In this document: positions 57,323 to 64,000 of the stretch, in pieces
Layout of the letters: the number at the start of each line of letters is the position of its first letter
Position numbering within the stretch: position 1 is the stretch's first letter
NCBI RefSeq assembly: GCF_056746865.1
Contig: NZ_CM163382.1
DNA: 64,000 bases
Direction: 5' to 3' (one strand)
Notes under the pieces: model-generated
Told to the model about the DNA's origin: nothing
What the model saw: the letters and a program-made list of their open reading frames with translations, nothing else
The model's database searches: none
Position numbers and translations under genes: made by a program

Positions 57323-58459
57323 TCAATGATCCAAATAAAGATAATGCATCCAGCTGGTCATTCTTAGCAGCACTTTCCGCATCACCGAAACATGGCTGAA
57401 ATGGTCGGAGTAAACCGCCACCTGGGCGTAGATGCCGTCGGGTAAGGCATCGATATCATCGTTAGGGTCCAGTTCAATGGTTCCCAGCACACCGTCCGTG
57501 CCGGGCACGACCGTTAATGATTGCAATACCCCCTGCGCCTGATAAGAACCGCCTGGCACGACAGGTAAAATACTGGTCAGTTTGCCGTGGAACACCTGCC
57601 CAGGTAGCGCGTTAAACACCACTTCCGCATCATCGCCGGGTTTCAGACGTAACAGCGAGTTTTGCCGAAATTGGGCGACAATTTGCCGTTTTTGCTCGGG
57701 GATGAAAACCATCACCGGACGCAACGGCAAGGCAGCTGCGTATGTACCTGGGCGGATCAGTACCTGAGTAACGTAGCCATTGCTCGGCGCGCGAATGACA
57801 GTCTGCTCAAGGTTATATTTTGCTTCAGTAAGTTGCGCTCTTAAGCTCACAATCTGCGATTGCTCGCCGTTAACCATACTATCGAGCTGGCTCTGGATCT
57901 GCGCCTGCTCCGCCACCGAGCCTTTCACCAGCGCATCCTGCGCGAGGAAATTTTGCCGCGCATCGTCGATGTCACGTTCCGAGAACGGATTCACCGCCGC
58001 CTGGCTGCCTTTCAGATAACGTTGATAATTTTTAAACAGACGGTCGCGCTCCGCTGAAACCTGGGTGGTGTTGGCCTGCGCTTCAGTGAGCTGCGCGCGC
58101 AGCGTCTTTATATTATGCGTCGCCGTCATCAGGTCAGCCTGAAGTCTGTCAACTCGCGCCTGGTAACGAACCGGGTCGAGTTTAAAAAGCACCTCGCCCT
58201 TTTGAATAAGCTGATTATTTTTGTCGGTGACTTCAGTAACAATTCCCGTCACCTGTGGCGTGATGGGGATCGCTATCACTGCCTTTTGCGCGGTAAAAGT
58301 GTAAGGGTGGTTGTAGTTCATCAACAAAATCAAACCACTCACCAGAAACACGCCTCCCAGCGCCGCCGTCGCCAGCGTCCACTGATTCACCGGAATGCGG
58401 AAGATTTTAAAGACCGCCCACGCCAGCGCCACGTAAGTTAAAACAATCAATAGATCCAT
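57323..58459 (-). CDS. yibH: HlyD-family membrane fusion-type inner membrane protein YibH
   Basis: Translation [52 protein letters not shown]...; 378 aa. Confidence 0.9.
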   Translation of the reverse strand: MDLLIVLTYVALAWAVFKIFRIPVNQWTLATAALGGVFLVSGLILLMNYNHPYTFTAQKAVIAIPITPQVTGIVTEVTDKNNQLIQKGEVLFKLDPVRYQARVDRLQADLMTATHNIKTLRAQLTEAQANTTQVSAERDRLFKNYQRYLKGSQAAVNPFSERDIDDARQNFLAQDALVKGSVAEQAQIQSQLDSMVNGEQSQIVSLRAQLTEAKYNLEQTVIRAPSNGYVTQVLIRPGTYAAALPLRPVMVFIPEQKRQIVAQFRQNSLLRLKPGDDAEVVFNALPGQVFHGKLTSILPVVPGGSYQAQGVLQSLTVVPGTDGVLGTIELDPNDDIDALPDGIYAQVAVYSDHFSHVSVMRKVLLRMTSWMHYLYLDH

Positions 58460-58461
58460 AT

Positions 58462-58824
58462 TTAGATCTCCGGGAACGTGGAATAGTCAGTCTTTTTCTC
58501 GGCGGCGAGTTGGTGCTCCAGCCGGGAAATTCGGTCAGAAAGTGCGGCGATTTCCGGGTCAGTCGCTTTCTCTTGCGACGCAACATGTGACTGCATGCCC
58601 CAGCCGCGCTCCGGTTGATAGAGCGTCGCCCAGATCCACAGGAACGGCCAGATAACATGTAGAGTAAACAGGCTCACCCAGCCCGCCGTATGAATAGCGT
58701 CGGCATGGGGATGGTTGCGCTTTTTGGCAATCAGATAAGGGATGTCATGTATCGCGATGATTCCATAAAAAATCACCAGAAAGACGAAGATCAGCACTCC
58801 CAACGCGAAATAGTTTAGAAACAT
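58462..58824 (-). CDS. yibI: Small inner membrane protein YibI (DUF3302), 120 aa
   Basis: Translation [53 protein letters not shown]... Confidence 0.9.
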   Translation of the reverse strand: MFLNYFALGVLIFVFLVIFYGIIAIHDIPYLIAKKRNHPHADAIHTAGWVSLFTLHVIWPFLWIWATLYQPERGWGMQSHVASQEKATDPEIAALSDRISRLEHQLAAEKKTDYSTFPEI

Positions 58825-59040
58825 ATCTGCCTCGGATTCACGTTTATCGGTGTTGTTTTTTGGCTGGCAGCCAGAAGGGAGTCAGGCTGATATTTTGACA
58901 ATAATTCGGGTTCGCGATTCTCGCCATAACACCAAAGAATAATTTTTAGAGGTGATGAGTTGCTTAGTTACATAACGATTTTATGACGAAGGCATAACAT
59001 GCTGCAGATCACATCAGGTGAACGCCGTAAGAAAATATCT

Positions 59041-59217
59041 TGTGATTCAGATCACAAAGATTCAACAAACTAACAAAACAAAAATGTGACATTACTCACA
59101 TTTAAATGCCATTTTTAGCGAAAATCGCCGCCTTGTTGCTTTTTTACACAGTCGTTTTGTGATGAGCATCACGTCAATTACCTCTCTACCCCCTATATTT
59201 ATGTGACTGATATCACA
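59041..59217 (+). promoter_or_regulatory. mtlA promoter region with at least four CRP-type palindromes TGTGA-N6-TCAC(A/G): 59041..59056, 59085..59100, 59158..59173, 59202..59217
   Basis: Palindromes read directly (tgtgattcagatcaca; tgtgacattactcaca; tgtgatgagcatcacg; tgtgactgatatcaca); multiple CRP sites in mtl promoter are established knowledge. Confidence 0.7.
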
Positions 59218-59360
59218 CAAAAGGCCGTCGACTGGACAGTTAACCGATTCAGTGCCAGATTTCGCAGTATCTACAAGGTCCGGCTACCTCTGCCGCCACA
59301 TTAACAAAAAACCTCGGGCTTCCAGCCTGCGCGACAGCAAACATAAGAAGGGGTGTTTTT

Positions 59361-61274
59361 ATGTCATCCGATATTAAGATCAAAGTGCAAAGCTTTGGTC
59401 GTTTCCTCAGCAACATGGTGATGCCAAATATCGGCGCGTTTATCGCGTGGGGTATCATCACCGCGTTATTTATTCCAACAGGGTGGTTACCGAACGAAAC
59501 GCTGGCGAAGCTGGTCGGGCCGATGATCACTTATCTCCTGCCGCTGCTGATCGGTTATACCGGTGGTAAGCTGGTAGGCGGCGAACGTGGCGGTGTAGTC
59601 GGTGCCATCACCACCATGGGCGTTATCGTCGGCGCAGATATGCCGATGTTCCTCGGTTCTATGATTGCAGGTCCGCTGGGCGGCTGGTGCATTAAGCACT
59701 TCGACCGCTGGGTAGACGGTAAGATCAAATCCGGTTTTGAGATGCTGGTGAATAACTTCTCCGCAGGCATCATCGGGATGATCCTCGCTATTCTGGCATT
59801 CCTCGGCATTGGCCCGATTGTTGAAGCTCTGTCTAAAATGCTGGCTGCGGGCGTTAACTTCATGGTTGTCCATGACATGCTGCCGCTGGCGTCTATCTTT
59901 GTTGAACCGGCGAAAATCCTGTTCCTCAACAACGCCATTAACCACGGTATCTTCTCGCCGCTGGGTATTCAGCAGTCCCATGAACTGGGTAAATCCATCT
60001 TCTTCCTGATTGAAGCTAACCCAGGTCCGGGTATGGGCGTGCTGCTGGCGTACATGTTCTTTGGGCGTGGTAGCGCTAAACAGTCTGCGGGCGGTGCGGC
60101 AATCATCCACTTCCTGGGCGGTATCCACGAAATCTACTTCCCGTATGTGCTGATGAATCCGCGTCTGATTCTGGCCGTTATCCTCGGTGGTATGACTGGC
60201 GTGTTCACGCTGACTATCCTGGGCGGTGGTCTGGTTTCTCCGGCATCTCCGGGTTCTATCCTTGCTGTACTGGCGATGACACCAAAAGGTGCATACTTCG
60301 CTAACATCGCGGGTGTGTGTGCGGCGATGGCTGTCTCCTTCGTTGTCTCTGCCATTCTGCTGAAAACCAGCAAAGTGAAAGAAGAAGATGATATTGAAGC
60401 AGCAACTCGTCGTATGCAGGACATGAAAGCTGAGTCTAAAGGCGCGTCTCCGCTGTCTGCGGGCGATGTGACTAACGACCTGAGCCACGTACGTAAAATC
60501 ATCGTTGCCTGTGATGCCGGTATGGGTTCCAGTGCGATGGGCGCAGGTGTGCTGCGTAAGAAAATTCAGGATGCAGGTCTGTCGCAGATTTCGGTCACTA
60601 ACAGCGCGATCAACAACCTGCCGCCAGATGTGGACCTGGTCATCACTCACCGTGACCTGACCGAACGCGCTATGCGCCAGGTTCCGCAGGCACAGCATAT
60701 TTCGCTGACCAACTTCCTCGACAGCGGCCTGTACACCAGCCTGACCGAACGTCTGGTTGCTGCCCAGCGCCATACTGAAAACGAAGTGAAAGTGAAAGAC
60801 AGTCTGAAAGACAGCTTTGACGATTCCAGTGCTAACCTGTTCAAACTGGGCGCGGAGAACATCTTCCTCGGTCGCAAAGCGGCAACCAAAGAAGAAGCGA
60901 TTCGTTTTGCTGGCGAGCAGCTGGTGAAAGGCGGTTACGTTGAGCCGGAATACGTTCAGGCGATGCTGGATCGTGAAAAACTGACCCCGACTTATCTGGG
61001 TGAGTCTATCGCGGTGCCACACGGTACGGTTGAAGCAAAAGATCGCGTACTGAAAACGGGCGTGGTGTTCTGCCAGTACCCGGAAGGCGTGCGCTTCGGT
61101 GAAGAAGAAGATGACATTGCCCGTCTGGTGATTGGTATTGCTGCCCGTAACAACGAGCACATTCAGGTTATCACCAGCCTGACCAATGCACTGGATGATG
61201 AGTCTGTCATCGAGCGTCTGGCACACACCACCAGCGTGGATGAAGTGCTGGAACTGCTGGCAGGTCGTAAGTAA
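59361..61274 (+). CDS. mtlA: PTS mannitol-specific EIICBA component
   Basis: Translation MSSDIKIKVQSFGRFLSNMVMPNIGAFIAWGIITALFIPTGWLPNETLAKL...; 637 aa. Confidence 0.98.
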   Translation: MSSDIKIKVQSFGRFLSNMVMPNIGAFIAWGIITALFIPTGWLPNETLAKLVGPMITYLLPLLIGYTGGKLVGGERGGVVGAITTMGVIVGADMPMFLGSMIAGPLGGWCIKHFDRWVDGKIKSGFEMLVNNFSAGIIGMILAILAFLGIGPIVEALSKMLAAGVNFMVVHDMLPLASIFVEPAKILFLNNAINHGIFSPLGIQQSHELGKSIFFLIEANPGPGMGVLLAYMFFGRGSAKQSAGGAAIIHFLGGIHEIYFPYVLMNPRLILAVILGGMTGVFTLTILGGGLVSPASPGSILAVLAMTPKGAYFANIAGVCAAMAVSFVVSAILLKTSKVKEEDDIEAATRRMQDMKAESKGASPLSAGDVTNDLSHVRKIIVACDAGMGSSAMGAGVLRKKIQDAGLSQISVTNSAINNLPPDVDLVITHRDLTERAMRQVPQAQHISLTNFLDSGLYTSLTERLVAAQRHTENEVKVKDSLKDSFDDSSANLFKLGAENIFLGRKAATKEEAIRFAGEQLVKGGYVEPEYVQAMLDREKLTPTYLGESIAVPHGTVEAKDRVLKTGVVFCQYPEGVRFGEEEDDIARLVIGIAARNNEHIQVITSLTNALDDESVIERLAHTTSVDEVLELLAGRK

Positions 61275-61502
<228 letters not shown>

Positions 61503-62651
61503 ATGAAAGCATTACATTTTGGCGCAGGTAATATCGGTCGTGGCTTTATCGGTAAACTGCTGGCAGACGCGGGTATCCAACTGACGTTTGCCGATGTCAA
61601 TCAGGTGGTACTTGATGCCCTGAATGCCCGTCATAGCTATCAGGTTCATGTGGTCGGTGAAACCGAGCAGGTAGATACCGTTTCCGGCGTCAATGCCGTC
61701 AGCAGCATTGGTGATGATGTCGTTGATCTGATTGCTCAGGTTGATTTAGTCACTACCGCCGTTGGTCCGGTTGTGCTGGAACGTATTGCCCCGGCAATCG
61801 CCAAAGGGCTGGTGAAACGTAAAGAACAAGGTAATGAATCCCCGCTGAACATCATCGCCTGTGAAAACATGGTACGCGGCACCACGCAGCTGAAAGGCCA
61901 TGTAATGAACGCCCTGCCGGAAGATGCCAAAGCGTGGGTAGAAGAACACGTTGGCTTTGTCGATTCCGCCGTTGACCGCATCGTGCCGCCTTCGGCTTCT
62001 GCAACCAACGATCCGCTGGAAGTGACGGTAGAAACATTCAGCGAATGGATTGTTGATAAAACCCAGTTCAAAGGCGCGCTGCCGAACATCCCAGGCATGG
62101 AGTTAACTGACAACCTGATGGCATTTGTCGAACGTAAACTCTTCACCCTGAACACGGGTCATGCTATAACCGCGTACCTCGGAAAACTGGCCGGTCATCA
62201 GACCATTCGTGACGCTATTCTCGACGAGAAAATCCGCGCGGTGGTAAAAGGTGCGATGGAAGAAAGTGGTGCAGTATTGATCAAGCGCTACGGCTTTGAC
62301 GCAGACAAACATGCGGCGTACATCCGGAAAATCCTCGGTCGTTTCGAGAACCCGTATCTGAAAGATGATGTAGAGCGCGTAGGCCGTCAGCCGCTGCGTA
62401 AACTGAGTGCTGGCGACCGTCTGATCAAGCCACTGCTCGGAACGCTGGAATATGGTCTGCCACATAAAAACCTGATTGAAGGTATTGCCGCTGCAATGCA
62501 CTTCCGCAGTGAAGATGATCCGCAGGCTCAGGAACTGGCAGCACTGATCGCTGACAAAGGTCCGCAGGCGGCGCTGGCACAGATTTCCGGTCTTGATGCC
62601 AACAGCGAGGTTGTATCCGAGGCGGTAACCGCTTATAAAGCAATGCAATAA
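61503..62651 (+). CDS. mtlD: Mannitol-1-phosphate 5-dehydrogenase, 382 aa
   Basis: Translation [53 protein letters not shown]...; start at ATG 61503. Confidence 0.97.
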   Translation: MKALHFGAGNIGRGFIGKLLADAGIQLTFADVNQVVLDALNARHSYQVHVVGETEQVDTVSGVNAVSSIGDDVVDLIAQVDLVTTAVGPVVLERIAPAIAKGLVKRKEQGNESPLNIIACENMVRGTTQLKGHVMNALPEDAKAWVEEHVGFVDSAVDRIVPPSASATNDPLEVTVETFSEWIVDKTQFKGALPNIPGMELTDNLMAFVERKLFTLNTGHAITAYLGKLAGHQTIRDAILDEKIRAVVKGAMEESGAVLIKRYGFDADKHAAYIRKILGRFENPYLKDDVERVGRQPLRKLSAGDRLIKPLLGTLEYGLPHKNLIEGIAAAMHFRSEDDPQAQELAALIADKGPQAALAQISGLDANSEVVSEAVTAYKAMQ

Positions 62652-63238
62652 TGGTGGACCAGGCGCAGGATACCCTGCGCCCGAATAACAGATTGTCAGA
62701 TATGCAGGCAACAATGGAACAAACCCAGGCCTTTGAAAACCGTGTGCTTGAGCGTCTGAATGCTGGCAAAACCGTGCGAAGCTTTCTGATCACCGCCGTC
62801 GAGCTTTTGACCGAGGCGGTAAATCTTCTGGTGCTTCAGGTATTCCGCAAAGACGATTACGCGGTGAAGTATGCTGTAGAACCGTTACTCGACGGCGACG
62901 GTCCGCTGGGCGATCTTTCTGTGCGTTTAAAACTCATTTACGGGTTGGGCGTCATTAACCGCCAGGAATACGAAGATGCGGAGCTACTGATGGCATTGCG
63001 TGAAGAGCTAAATCACGACGGCAACGAGTACGCGTTTACCGACGACGAAATCCTTGGACCCTTTGGTGAACTGCATTGCGTGGCGGCGTTACCACCGCCG
63101 CCACAGTTTGAACCTGCAGACTCCAGTTTGTATGCAATGCAAATTCAGCGTTACCAACAGGCTGTGCGATCAACAATGGTCCTTTCACTGACAGAGCTGA
63201 TTTCCAAAATCAGCTTAAAAAAAGCCTTCCAAAAGTAA
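62651..63238 (+). CDS. mtlR: Mannitol operon repressor MtlR
   Basis: Translation [53 protein letters not shown]...; 195 aa. Confidence 0.95.
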   Translation: MVDQAQDTLRPNNRLSDMQATMEQTQAFENRVLERLNAGKTVRSFLITAVELLTEAVNLLVLQVFRKDDYAVKYAVEPLLDGDGPLGDLSVRLKLIYGLGVINRQEYEDAELLMALREELNHDGNEYAFTDDEILGPFGELHCVAALPPPPQFEPADSSLYAMQIQRYQQAVRSTMVLSLTELISKISLKKAFQK

Positions 63239-63249
63239 GCAACGTCTGC

Positions 63250-63459
63250 TTACTGCCCCTCTACCTGCTTCGGCCGATAAAGCCGACGATAATACTCCAG
63301 ACGTTGTAGATATAACGGCACGCTTTCATCAGGTATTCCGGACGGAATCGCGTTACGGGGAGGTAGTTTTTTCAGATACTCCCGGAACGCCTGGCTCGAT
63401 GCCATGAAATCTACGGCTTTATCGATAAGAAGCGGAACGTTTTCACCTAATTTGCCCAT
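63250..63459 (-). CDS. yibT: Small protein YibT, 69 aa
   Basis: Translation [69 protein letters not shown]. Confidence 0.88.
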
Positions 63460-63742
63460 GATGATATCTCCGTATTACCCCGCGCCGGGAATGCGCGGCC
63501 GCCAATTTTAGTTTAGATCCCGGTATAAATGACATTAAGGAAAACGTGCTCAATCCTCAATAATCATCCGTTTCTATTAACTATCTTTTTTCTTTAAATT
63601 TCTTAATTAATCAATAAATTGCTTAGTTTTTAAGCATGTTAATGTTTACGTTATAGAACTATTGCAATGTCATCAGTTGTGAACAAAGCACCTGGTCGCG
63701 CATACTAGGGGCTATAAATTTATCTTTATCAGAAGTCATCAC

Positions 63743-64000
63743 ATGAAAGAAGTCGAAAAAAACGAAATCAAACGTCTTAGCGATCGCCTGGACGCTATCC
63801 GCCATCAGCAAGCCGATCTGTCACTGGTTGAAGCCGCAGACAAATATGCCGAGCTGGAAAAAGAAAAAGCCACTCTGGAAGCAGAAATTGCTCGCCTGCG
63901 CGAAGTTCACAGCCAGAAACTCAGTAAGGAAGCACAGAAGCTGATGAAGATGCCGTTCCAGCGCGCGATTACTAAAAAAGAGCAAGCTGATATGGGCAAA
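63743..64000 (+). CDS. yibL: YibL (DUF2810), 5' portion; gene continues beyond window end
   Basis: Translation [60 protein letters not shown]...; ATG at 63743. Confidence 0.85.

Overview
This window is a contiguous stretch of Escherichia coli chromosome running from the 5' end of dppB to the start of yibL, recognised from the translated ORFs. It is mostly well-characterised core genome: dppBA, proK, eptB, yhjX, yhjY, tag, yiaC, bisC, yiaD, ghrB, yiaF, yiaG, cspA, hokA/mokA, glyQS, ysaB, wecH, yiaAB, xylAB/xylFGHR, bax, malS, avtA, ysaA, yiaJ, yiaKLMNO-lyxK-sgbHUE, aldB, yiaY, selAB, yibF, yibHI, mtlADR, yibT and yibL. The layout differs from what I recall of K-12 MG1655 in four places, so this is probably a non-K-12 strain. 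First, an IS150 copy lies between the dppA upstream region and proK, inserted into the centre of a REP palindrome. Second, hokA/mokA is intact, with no IS150 beside it. Third, between sgbE and aldB there is an accessory cassette (AraC-family regulator, GPH-family symporter, GH127 glycosidase, then a hicAB toxin-antitoxin pair) where I recall K-12 carrying yiaT-yiaW. Fourth, yibF abuts yibH directly, with no rhsA element. I found no CRISPR array, prophage, integrase or rRNA. I do not see a convincing wholly novel multi-gene system; the best candidate for uncharacterised biology is the GPH/GH127/AraC cassette with its adjacent hicAB. All identifications are from reading the sequence and remembered protein families; no database search was run. 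The ORF track appears to allow GTG/TTG starts, so several starts were re-placed on internal ATG/GTG codons matching the protein N-termini I recall.
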